Assembly (NCBI GenBank): GCA_965217895.1
Contig: CBDCJV010000002.1
Location: 3,296,001 to 3,360,000 of the forward strand
Direction of reading: 5' to 3'
From: Waterburya sp.
GTDB taxonomy: Bacteria; Cyanobacteriota; Cyanobacteriia; Cyanobacteriales; Xenococcaceae
DNA: 64,000 bases
This document shows positions 20,602-29,501 of the stretch, in pieces (position 1 is the first letter of the stretch; the number at the start of each line of letters is the position of its first letter). The notes beneath the pieces are model-generated. The model ran no database searches, was not told where the DNA came from, and worked only from the letters and a program-made list of their open reading frames with translations. The position numbers were made by a program, and so were the translations under genes.

Positions 20602-21963
20602 ATGAGTTATGATTTTGATTTATTTGTGATTGGTGCGGGTTCGGGTGGTATTGCTACTGCCAGACGTGCTGCACAATATGGGGCAAAAGTAGGAATTGTC
20701 GAAAGCGATCGCCTGGGAGGAACTTGCGTTAACCGAGGCTGTGTACCTAAAAAGCTGATGGTATATGCTTCTCACTTCCCTGCGGGATTTGAAGAGTCGG
20801 CAGGATATGGTTGGACAGTGGGGGAAAGCAGCTTTGACTGGTTAAAAATGATTACTGCTGTTAACGACGAGGTGACTCGTCTTAACGGTATTTATCAGCG
20901 AATGCTGGATACTTCTGAGGTCAAGCTATACGAAGGCTACGGTAAATTTATTGACGCGCACACTATTGAAATTGGCGATCAAAAGGTTACCGCCGAGAAA
21001 ATTTTAATTGCTGTAGGTGGCAAACCCGTTAAGCCAAAAAATATTCAGGGAATTGAACACGCCATCACTTCTAGAGAAATCTTTAATGTCAAAGAACAGC
21101 CAAAGCGCATGGTGATTATCGGCGGTGGTTATATTGGTGTAGAGTTTGCCTGTATCTTGAACGGTTTAGGCACAGAAGTCACCGTAGTTATTCGAGGCGA
21201 CAAAATTTTGCGTGGTTTTGACGAAGATATCCGCGACGAGATTCAGACAGGAATGCAAAATCACGGAATTAAGTTTATCACTGGTTGCGATTGTGAGCGC
21301 ATGGTGATTGACAAAACTGATTCTGGCTTAAAAATTACCGTACCTACTAAAGACGGCAAATCAGAAACTATCGTTGCTGATGCTGCTAGTTTGGCTGCTA
21401 CAGGAAGAAAACCCGATCTAGCTAATTTGGGCTTAGAAAATACGCAAGTAGAAGTAGTCAAGGGTGCAGTAGCAGTAGATGAATATAACAAAACCGCAGA
21501 AGATAATATTTATGCTGTAGGTGACTGTACAGATCGCATTAATCTGACTCCTGTAGCCATAAACGAAGGTAGAGCTTTTGCCGACACCCATTTTGGCGGA
21601 CAATCTCGACAAATGAGCTACGAAAACGTTCCTTCGGCTGTATTTACTACCCCTGAAGCAGCTACAGTTGGCTTGAGCGAAGCCGAAGCCAAGGAAAAAT
21701 ATGGTGATGCTGTTAAAGTCTATCGTAGTAAATTCCGTCCTATGTACTATACTCTGCCAGACAAACAGGAAAAAACTATGATGAAGTTAATTGTGGATAC
21801 CAATACCGACAAGGTAGTTGGCGCACACATGGTAGGGGATGGCGCAGCGGAAATTATTCAAGGTGTGGCAGTGGCCGTTAAAATGGGCGCAACCAAAGCC
21901 AACTTTGATGCCACCGTGGGTATTCATCCTAGTTCGGCAGAAGAGTTTGTGACTATGCGATAA
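20602..21963 (+). CDS. gor: Glutathione-disulfide reductase
   Basis: GAGSGG, GGTCVNRGCVPKK, GGGYIGVE, LTPVAI, GIHPSSAEE. Confidence 0.96.
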   Translation: MSYDFDLFVIGAGSGGIATARRAAQYGAKVGIVESDRLGGTCVNRGCVPKKLMVYASHFPAGFEESAGYGWTVGESSFDWLKMITAVNDEVTRLNGIYQRMLDTSEVKLYEGYGKFIDAHTIEIGDQKVTAEKILIAVGGKPVKPKNIQGIEHAITSREIFNVKEQPKRMVIIGGGYIGVEFACILNGLGTEVTVVIRGDKILRGFDEDIRDEIQTGMQNHGIKFITGCDCERMVIDKTDSGLKITVPTKDGKSETIVADAASLAATGRKPDLANLGLENTQVEVVKGAVAVDEYNKTAEDNIYAVGDCTDRINLTPVAINEGRAFADTHFGGQSRQMSYENVPSAVFTTPEAATVGLSEAEAKEKYGDAVKVYRSKFRPMYYTLPDKQEKTMMKLIVDTNTDKVVGAHMVGDGAAEIIQGVAVAVKMGATKANFDATVGIHPSSAEEFVTMR

Positions 21964-21984
21964 TCTGATTATCTAATAGTTTTA

Positions 21985-22016
21985 AGCGATCGCCTTTCTC
22001 TTAAGAGCGATCGCTT
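21985..22016. terminator. HIP1-based hairpin after gor
   Basis: TAAGCGATCGC...GCGATCGCTTA inverted repeat. Confidence 0.5.
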
Positions 22017-22028
22017 ACTATATAAATC

Positions 22029-22523
22029 ATGGAAGAAATATTAGAATTAAAAAAGTGTCTGCTAAACCATCAATATGAGCGTGCAATTACCATAGTCGCT
22101 GAACTAGAAGAGATGGGTAGACAGGATAAAATCAACAATCTTGAGTCTTTTCTGGTTATTTTGTTAATTCATCTCATTAAAATCCAGGTAGAAAAAAGAG
22201 TTACTCGAAGCTGGCGTAGTTCAGTTTTAAATAGTCTTAGAGAAATTCAAAAGCGCAATAAATTGGGTAAAAAATCTCAATATATAAAAAAAAGTCAGTG
22301 GCTAGAACATTTTAATGCTACATATCCAGATGCTATTTTCCAAGCTGCCGATGAAGCTTTTGGAGGGATAGAAATCAAACAACTTAAATCATTGCTGGAT
22401 TTAGCCAGATTACGAAGTACCGCCTTGAAGCTGCTAGAGCTTACTTATAGTTTAGACGGAGATAGTTTGGTTGAGTTTATTAGCGATCGCTTTCCCGTTG
22501 GACATTTGGAAACAGAGATATAA
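22029..22523 (+). CDS. DUF29-family protein
   Basis: ELEEMGRQDKI, LVILLIHLIK, TRSWRSSV. Confidence 0.8.
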   Translation: MEEILELKKCLLNHQYERAITIVAELEEMGRQDKINNLESFLVILLIHLIKIQVEKRVTRSWRSSVLNSLREIQKRNKLGKKSQYIKKSQWLEHFNATYPDAIFQAADEAFGGIEIKQLKSLLDLARLRSTALKLLELTYSLDGDSLVEFISDRFPVGHLETEI

Positions 22524-22531
22524 TTTTATTA

Positions 22532-22724
22532 GGCGTTGCTGATTCAAGTAATGACGTATAGAATATTACTGTTCGTAGCTTTTAGCTCTCAGCTTTTAGC
22601 TATTAGCTTTTAAGTATTCTTCATGTTCCAACAAGGTGATTAAAGATGGCGAGGAAACCTTGCCCTCTCTCACCTTCAAATTAGGAAATAAAAAACCTGT
22701 ACAGCATTACAATTCAGCAACGCC
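22532..22724. mobile_element. 193-bp MITE with 8-bp target-site duplication
   Basis: TIRs GGCGTTGCTGA / TCAGCAACGCC; TTTTATTA on both flanks (22524-22531, 22725-22732). Confidence 0.8.
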
Positions 22725-22729
22725 TTTTA

Positions 22730-25333
22730 TTAAATAGAATTGTCGGCATGATGAGCAGAAAATTGTTGGGCTAAAAGTTTGCTTGCATCTTCTCTTTTAA
22801 GAGGTTTAGCAAAAAAATATCCCTGACCATATTCGCAATTTAAAGCCTTAAGAATCTGCTGATGATTTTCGGTTTCAATACCTTCGGCAATTACGTCCAT
22901 GTCTAACTTTTGAGCCAGAGTAATAATAATATCGACGATCGCCTTATCTTTATCTGACTGTTCCATTTGACGCACAAAAGACTGATCGACTTTTAGAGTA
23001 TCCGCGCCAAACTGCTGTAGATAGCTCAAAGAAGAGTAGCCAGTACCAAAGTCATCAATACTCAATTTAATGCCCAGGGCTTTTAGTTGGTGTAGCAGTG
23101 CGATCGCTTCTTCTACATTGTCCATCATCGCACTTTCGGTAATTTCTAGTTTTAAACATTGGGCATTAAGTTTGGTTTCAGCCAGTATTTGCTCTACCTG
23201 CTGCACTAAATCTGGTAAAAATTGATGACTAGAAAGATTAATGCTGATAGTCAATCCTGGTTGTGCGCTAAACTGTTGATGCCACTGATACATTTGCTGA
23301 CAGGCTGTGCGTAAAATCCAGTCTCCTAAGGGAATAATTAATTCTGTTGCTTCGGCTAAGGGAATAAATTCTCCAGGAGAAACAAAGCCTCTGCTAGGAG
23401 AAATCCAGCGTACCAAAGCCTCAAACCCAGCGATGCGATCGCTTTTAAGATTAATGATTGGCTGATAGTATAGTTCAAACTCGTGATTAGCGATCGCTTG
23501 CCTGAGATCGTTTTCTAACTGCCACTGAGCAACGGTTTCTGAGTGCATTTTGGGAGTAAAAACTGCATACTGATTTTTGCCGCTAATTTGGGCGCGATCT
23601 TGAGCTATATTGCTGTTTCTCAGTAGCTCTTCTGCTTTGATTTTTTCCCCTGAATGATGAAAAGCAATACCCAGATTAGTAGAGATAACAATTTCTTGTT
23701 GTATATTAAATACTTGAGCTAAATCTTTTTGGATACGTTTGGCGATCGCGATCGCCTGCTCTCGATCTTTTAAGGCTAATAACGCCACGGCAAATGTAGC
23801 ATTTCCTATCCTTGCTGGCTTATCTTGGGAGCGAATCGAGTTTTGGATGCGTTTTCCTGCCAAAACAATCAGGCGATCGCCTATTTGCTTGCCTAAGCTA
23901 TCGTTGATGGTTTTAAAACGTTCAATATCAATTGAGATAACCGCAATTAAAGAATTTTTGGGTTTGACGATAGATTGTTGCAGCAGAGTAAGTATTTGTT
24001 CTCTGTTAGCCAAACCTGTAAGCTCATCTACTAATGATCGATAAAAAGTTTTGTGTGCTAAAATCACGCCAGTTGCACCTACCAAAGCGATCGCCGAGGG
24101 AACAAAAGGAATCCAGAATGCTGCTGAAAATCCAGCCAAGCAAATTGCCGATAAACCTGCTACAGCTATAATTAAGCTCCCTCCTAAAACTAAGGGGTGT
24201 TTAATACGCCACACCAAAATCGCTCCTGTAATTGACCAAACCCAGATCCAGATAATTTCAACCCACTGAGGCAAAAATCTGAACAAAGGTTGTTTGTCTA
24301 ATACCGTGCTTAAAATTTGGTTAGCCATTTGAGCATGAATAGCTACTCCAGGCATTTTGGCAGCACCATAAGGTGTTGCAAAGATATCTTTCTTACTGGG
24401 TGCGGTATAGCCAATGATGATAACTTTGTTCTCAATCCAACTAGGCTTAAAATTACCATCTAAAATTTGCGTAAAAGATAGTTGTCGAGCTATTTTATTT
24501 AGCGGTTGATATTTAAGTAATATTTGCGAACCAAAAACATCTGAATTAGATAATTGATAGCCTCCTGAATCCGCTTTTAAAGTAGGAAAAACAGTTTGAT
24601 TAAGCTTTAAATAATTTTGCTTAATTTCTAATGATGTATCCTTAGTATCCAAATAACTTTTACTCAACTGAAATCCAAATGAGTATAAGTTGCGTTGCGA
24701 AGCACGCGATGCTGAGGCATCGCCAGTCGTCGTCTGGCGACGATCTGGGCTAACGCCCTGTCCGTCAGGCTTATCGCCAATCTTCGCAGACATAAAGTTG
24801 CGTCTAACTCTACCGTCATCATCGAGCAAGAAGTTATTAAAGCCAACCCTTGCTTCTGGAACCTTTGGAGGGGCGGGAACACCATCATTTTGGTTGACAT
24901 TTTCAATGGCAATTATATTTTTAGCTTCTAGTTGTTTTAGTAATTCTTGATTTCCAGGTGGCTGAGGCAAATCTCGATATATATCTAAACCAATTACTTT
25001 AGGATTGTATTTTTGAAGCTCTGCAATTAATTTGGCAATCAATTCATCAGAAAAAGTAGACTGTTGCCATGTTTGAATATCTGACTCAGTGATGCCAATT
25101 AAAGTTATTCGCGATTCTGGTAAGTTTACCTGAAGCAATTTCTCATCCTGAGTTTTATCCCACCGCATCATCAAATCAAATACGGCTAGCTCAAAGAATT
25201 GGAAACTTCCTAACTGTCTAATTAGACAAATAAATAAAACTAAAATACTAGTAATAAGTAAGCTGGAGTGAGAAGCTGACTTTAGGGTAGGATTTCTCAA
25301 ATTTTTACTAGTTAGTAATTTAAATTTAGCCAT
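22730..25333 (-). CDS. CHASE2 - 3 TM - degenerate GGDEF - EAL protein (probable c-di-GMP phosphodiesterase)
   Basis: VIGLDIYRD, DDDGRVRR, MPGVAIHA; DELTGLANR with GNATF in place of GGDEF; EALVRW, LEITES, DDFGTGYSSL, AEGIE. Confidence 0.92.
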   Translation of the reverse strand: MAKFKLLTSKNLRNPTLKSASHSSLLITSILVLFICLIRQLGSFQFFELAVFDLMMRWDKTQDEKLLQVNLPESRITLIGITESDIQTWQQSTFSDELIAKLIAELQKYNPKVIGLDIYRDLPQPPGNQELLKQLEAKNIIAIENVNQNDGVPAPPKVPEARVGFNNFLLDDDGRVRRNFMSAKIGDKPDGQGVSPDRRQTTTGDASASRASQRNLYSFGFQLSKSYLDTKDTSLEIKQNYLKLNQTVFPTLKADSGGYQLSNSDVFGSQILLKYQPLNKIARQLSFTQILDGNFKPSWIENKVIIIGYTAPSKKDIFATPYGAAKMPGVAIHAQMANQILSTVLDKQPLFRFLPQWVEIIWIWVWSITGAILVWRIKHPLVLGGSLIIAVAGLSAICLAGFSAAFWIPFVPSAIALVGATGVILAHKTFYRSLVDELTGLANREQILTLLQQSIVKPKNSLIAVISIDIERFKTINDSLGKQIGDRLIVLAGKRIQNSIRSQDKPARIGNATFAVALLALKDREQAIAIAKRIQKDLAQVFNIQQEIVISTNLGIAFHHSGEKIKAEELLRNSNIAQDRAQISGKNQYAVFTPKMHSETVAQWQLENDLRQAIANHEFELYYQPIINLKSDRIAGFEALVRWISPSRGFVSPGEFIPLAEATELIIPLGDWILRTACQQMYQWHQQFSAQPGLTISINLSSHQFLPDLVQQVEQILAETKLNAQCLKLEITESAMMDNVEEAIALLHQLKALGIKLSIDDFGTGYSSLSYLQQFGADTLKVDQSFVRQMEQSDKDKAIVDIIITLAQKLDMDVIAEGIETENHQQILKALNCEYGQGYFFAKPLKREDASKLLAQQFSAHHADNSI
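24695..24772. mobile_element. 78-bp structured element inserted in frame into a HIP1 site
   Basis: Removing it joins GCG (24692-24694) and ATCGC (24773-24777) into GCGATCGC; GC-rich with several hairpins; adds 26 aa. Confidence 0.8.
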
Positions 25334-25575
25334 TAAATAATTAGTGCAGTAAATTTAGCCAATGGCATCTTTAGTTAATAAATAGCAGTTTTAATTAAGG
25401 TAAGGTTTTCAGGCTTTAATCTTGAATTGGTGTAATTACCTACAAGATATATTTAATAATAATGAAGATATTATTAACTGTAAATCAGTAAAATAACGGA
25501 TAACACAATAGTAGCTTGTGAGTTATACAGGTAAATATAACAAAGCTGCTATTCCAATATAATTAATAAAATATT

Positions 25576-26331
25576 ATGTCGAAACTATTTTCAAGCCGTT
25601 CTTCAAAGCTGTACAAAATATTAAGCTTGACTTTATTATTTAGTTCAATAATGTCCAATGCTATTGCCCAAGAGACAGATTACAACAGTTTTCCTACAGG
25701 AGAACAGGAAGGAGGTGGAGTTAGAGGAAAAGTAAATAATTGTAGTTCTTATACTGCTTATCCAGTTCCCTTAATTTCTCAGGATTCCCAAACTTTGACT
25801 ACATCTGCTACACCAAAACTCTTTTTTGATGTTTCTAATACTCGACAAGATGTAAATTTAGATTTCTTGCTACTAAATCAAAACGATGAAATTGTTTATC
25901 AAGATTCACTTAATGCCGACCATAAATCAGGACTTATTAGCTTAAACGTATCTGATGAAAGTAATTCAAACAGTTTAAAAATTAACGATATTTATCATTG
26001 GTATATGGTTCAAAAGTGTGAAAACACTGATACTCCTAAAATAGTTGCCAATGGTTCTTTAAAACGCATTAAGTTAGAAGATAAGCTGATCAAAAAGTTA
26101 GCTACTGCATCTTTAGTTGAAAAAATAAACATCTATCAAGAAGCAAATGTATGGTCTGAAGCACTAGAGAATCTTACTCAATTAAAGTGTAGTGCTTCTA
26201 ATGCCAGCATAACTGACAAACAAATAGAACCAGTTACCAGTATAGCAAACATATCTGTTGAATCTTTTAATAATTCTTTAGCTACTTATTGTGCTGCAAA
26301 CTTAGAGGCAAAATCGATTGTAATGAAGTAA
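25576..26331 (+). CDS. DUF928-family protein with signal peptide
   Basis: GGGVRG...C, LTTSATPKLFF, YHWY, WSEAL; hydrophobic N-terminus ending in AIA. Confidence 0.8.
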   Translation: MSKLFSSRSSKLYKILSLTLLFSSIMSNAIAQETDYNSFPTGEQEGGGVRGKVNNCSSYTAYPVPLISQDSQTLTTSATPKLFFDVSNTRQDVNLDFLLLNQNDEIVYQDSLNADHKSGLISLNVSDESNSNSLKINDIYHWYMVQKCENTDTPKIVANGSLKRIKLEDKLIKKLATASLVEKINIYQEANVWSEALENLTQLKCSASNASITDKQIEPVTSIANISVESFNNSLATYCAANLEAKSIVMK

Positions 26332-26440
26332 AATCGAGTTTTTTATGAGTAAATATCTAATAAATAATTAACTATTAACTGTGAAAACTACTTACGTATT
26401 TTCTCATAGAAAACATTACCAATATTACTTCTATTGCACT

Positions 26441-27820
26441 ATGAAAAGAATACTTAATTATCTGTTCAACCTTAGTCAAATAATTAATAGACTGAATGTA
26501 TTTTTAATAGCCTTGCTGACTATTATTACTATAGTCAGTCTAGAATTAGGCTTTTCTCAGCCAGCCATCTCTGAAAACGCAGTTAAGCAAAATTTATCAG
26601 CCAAACAGCTAGGCAAAATAATCAATAAAACAGAACATTCCTGGGAGTATAATTACGAAGACTATTTCAACAATAACTTTGCTAATCATTCTCGAACCGA
26701 AAAACAAATAGCCAAGCAATTAATCAAATTAAGCAAAGATACGGGAACAAATCCCGCAGTTATGTGGGCAGTACCTACACCAAAACAGCTATATTTATTG
26801 TTAATTACTCCAGGCTCAGAGCCAATAATCAAAGAGGTTGATGTCAGTGGAGAAACCTTAGCCAAAATTGTCGATAATTTTAACCAAACAATTATTAGCT
26901 CTCGAAAAACCGACTCAAAATCCTACCTGCCTTCAGCCAAATTACTGCACAAATGGATTATAGAACCCATTGAGCCTGAGTTAAACGCTGCCAATATTGA
27001 TACCCTCATGCTCTGTTCTGGATCTGGTTTGCGCGCTTTTCCCTTCGCTGCGCTTTACGATGGATCACAGTTTTTGATGGAAAAATATAGCTTAGTCAGA
27101 CTACCTGCACTAAGCTTAACCAACATTAATTACACAGCTAAGCAAGATAATCAGATCAGTGTTTTAGCTATGGGAGCCTCAAAATTTACTGACTCACCAC
27201 CTTTGCCAGGAGTTGAGCTTGAAGTACCGACGATCACGCCCAAAACTTTTCCTGGAAAAGCTCTGCTAAATCAGGATTTTACCGTAAAAAACCTCAAGAC
27301 ACAGCACCAAAAAAATAACTTTAACTTAATTCATTTAGCTACCCATGCTGAGTTTAATCCAGGTGTAGTTAGTAATTCCTATATCCAATTTGATGACGCT
27401 AAAGTCGGTTTAAATGAGATAGATAAATTAGGATTAAACAATCCGCCCGTAGATTTACTAGTGCTGAGTGCTTGTAAAACCGCAGTCGGTAATAAAGATG
27501 CTGAATTTGGTTTTGCTGGTTTGGCTCTCCAGGCTGGAGTTAAATCTGCTTTAGCTAGTTTGTGGTCAATTGATGATGCGGGGACAGTAGCTTTGATGAG
27601 CGAGTTTTATCAGAATCTCAAGTCTGGCTCAATGAAAGCTCAAGCTCTTAGAGAATCTCAGATAGCAATGCTACAAGGCAAAGTATATATTGAAGGAGAT
27701 AGGCTAAGAAGCTCTAGAGGAGCATTAGATTTACCAGCAGCCTTGGCTGAAACCAAAACTGCTAACCTTTCCCATCCCTTCTATTGGGCTGGTTTCTCTA
27801 TTATGGGCAATCCTTGGTAA
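26441..27820 (+). CDS. CHAT-domain (caspase-like) protein
   Basis: LHKWII.P, FPFAAL, IHLATHAEF, LLVLSACKTAVG, ASLWSIDD, HPFYWAGF; likely start ATG 26441. Confidence 0.9.
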   Translation: MKRILNYLFNLSQIINRLNVFLIALLTIITIVSLELGFSQPAISENAVKQNLSAKQLGKIINKTEHSWEYNYEDYFNNNFANHSRTEKQIAKQLIKLSKDTGTNPAVMWAVPTPKQLYLLLITPGSEPIIKEVDVSGETLAKIVDNFNQTIISSRKTDSKSYLPSAKLLHKWIIEPIEPELNAANIDTLMLCSGSGLRAFPFAALYDGSQFLMEKYSLVRLPALSLTNINYTAKQDNQISVLAMGASKFTDSPPLPGVELEVPTITPKTFPGKALLNQDFTVKNLKTQHQKNNFNLIHLATHAEFNPGVVSNSYIQFDDAKVGLNEIDKLGLNNPPVDLLVLSACKTAVGNKDAEFGFAGLALQAGVKSALASLWSIDDAGTVALMSEFYQNLKSGSMKAQALRESQIAMLQGKVYIEGDRLRSSRGALDLPAALAETKTANLSHPFYWAGFSIMGNPW

Positions 27821-27845
27821 AAGCATAAGTTCAACCAATCTTTCT

Positions 27846-29195
27846 TTAATCCTCGCTATTCCAGTCGGGGATTTCTTTTTGGCGCGATCGCGCTACTACC
27901 AAAGCATTGTCACTAACATCTTGAGTGACCACTGAACCCGCTGCTACGGTAACGTTTTCACCCAGGGTAACAGGAGCGACCAAGACGCTATTTGAGCCAA
28001 TTTTAGCACCTTTTTTGATGGTTGTAGGATGTTTATTTTTGCCATCATAGTTAGCGGTAATTGTACCTGCACCGATGTTTACGCGATCGCCCAAAGTCGC
28101 ATCTCCCAAATAAGAAAGATGAGCCACGTTAGTATTTGAGCCGACGGTAGTTTTCTTAATCTCGACAAAGTTACCCACGCGACAGCTTTCACCTAGTTTA
28201 ACGTCTCCACGCAGATGAGAATAAGGTCCAATTCTCGTATAATCGGCAACCTCTGAATCTGTCACCACCGAATATAAAATGCTCACCCCAGAACCAATTT
28301 TACTATTTTCAACTAAACTACCAGGGCCGATTCTGCTGCCTGTAGCAATGATAGTATTACCTCGCAAATGAGTTTGAGGTTCAATAATTATATCAGGCTC
28401 TAGTTGAACATCTTCACCGATAGTTATACTGTCGGGGTTGAGCATAGTCACCCCTGCCTTCATCCAGTTGTCTTTGATTCTTGCCTGTAAAACATCATAG
28501 GCAGCCGATAGCTGTAGGCGATCGTTGATACCGTTGGTTTCACGATAATCTTCGGCATCGTGAGCCATTACAGGAGAGAGATAACTAACAATCTCGGTTA
28601 AATAGTATTCTTGCTGATCGTTATTGGTAGAAAGCTTAGGCAATGATTCGGCTAGTTTTTGCCAATTAAAACAATATATCCCTGCATTAACGCGCCGATT
28701 TTGCTTTTGAGCAGCATTACAATCACGGTCTTCGATAATGTGACTAACCAAATTATCTCCGTTGCAAAACACTCGTCCATAACCTTGAGGATTAGGCAAA
28801 TTAGCGGTTAGAAGAGTTGCTGCATTTTGCTTTGATTGGTGGGTTGCAACTAGCTGCTGAAGAGTTTCAGGACGTAGTAAAGGCGCATCACCATTTAAGA
28901 CCAGCAAATCTCCCTCATAGCCCTGAAGATGGGGCATTAGCTGCTGTACCGCGTGACCAGTGCCTAACTGCTCAGTTTGCTCGACAAATTCTACATCCTG
29001 ACGATGACTCAAAGCCTGTTTAACTTTTTCTCCCTGATAGCCAATAATGACAACCTGTCGATCTAAATCTAATAAACTACAGCTATCAAGTACTCTTTCG
29101 ACGAGCGATCGCCCTGCCAATATATGCAAGACCTTGGGTAAATCGGACTTCATTCGGGTGCCACGCCCTGCTGCTAAGATTGCTACCGCTACCAT
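27846..29195 (-). CDS. glmU: Bifunctional UDP-GlcNAc pyrophosphorylase / glucosamine-1-phosphate acetyltransferase
   Basis: [40 protein letters not shown]. Confidence 0.97.
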   Translation of the reverse strand: MVAVAILAAGRGTRMKSDLPKVLHILAGRSLVERVLDSCSLLDLDRQVVIIGYQGEKVKQALSHRQDVEFVEQTEQLGTGHAVQQLMPHLQGYEGDLLVLNGDAPLLRPETLQQLVATHQSKQNAATLLTANLPNPQGYGRVFCNGDNLVSHIIEDRDCNAAQKQNRRVNAGIYCFNWQKLAESLPKLSTNNDQQEYYLTEIVSYLSPVMAHDAEDYRETNGINDRLQLSAAYDVLQARIKDNWMKAGVTMLNPDSITIGEDVQLEPDIIIEPQTHLRGNTIIATGSRIGPGSLVENSKIGSGVSILYSVVTDSEVADYTRIGPYSHLRGDVKLGESCRVGNFVEIKKTTVGSNTNVAHLSYLGDATLGDRVNIGAGTITANYDGKNKHPTTIKKGAKIGSNSVLVAPVTLGENVTVAAGSVVTQDVSDNALVVARSRQKEIPDWNSED

Positions 29196-29501
29196 GCTTT
29201 TAGAGATTAATTGTTTTTTATAAATCCGATTGGAGTATAGCTTTTAAGAGGGTGCTAGTCAAAGTCAATTCTTCGGCACTAATAAAATTAAAGACTAGCT
29301 TCTAAAAAGCAACTCAATTATGGGTGAGGTGTAATTGCCAAGATCGTTAGCCGATCGCGATTAGGATCATAAGACCAAAAGACTCTAAAGGCAGCAGGAA
29401 TTTTATTTTCTACATAAGCTTCAAAAATTTTTTCACCATTCAATCTCGATTAGTCGTCACTGCTTCACCGCAACGCAACTATCTCGCAATGTTTAATATT
29501 T

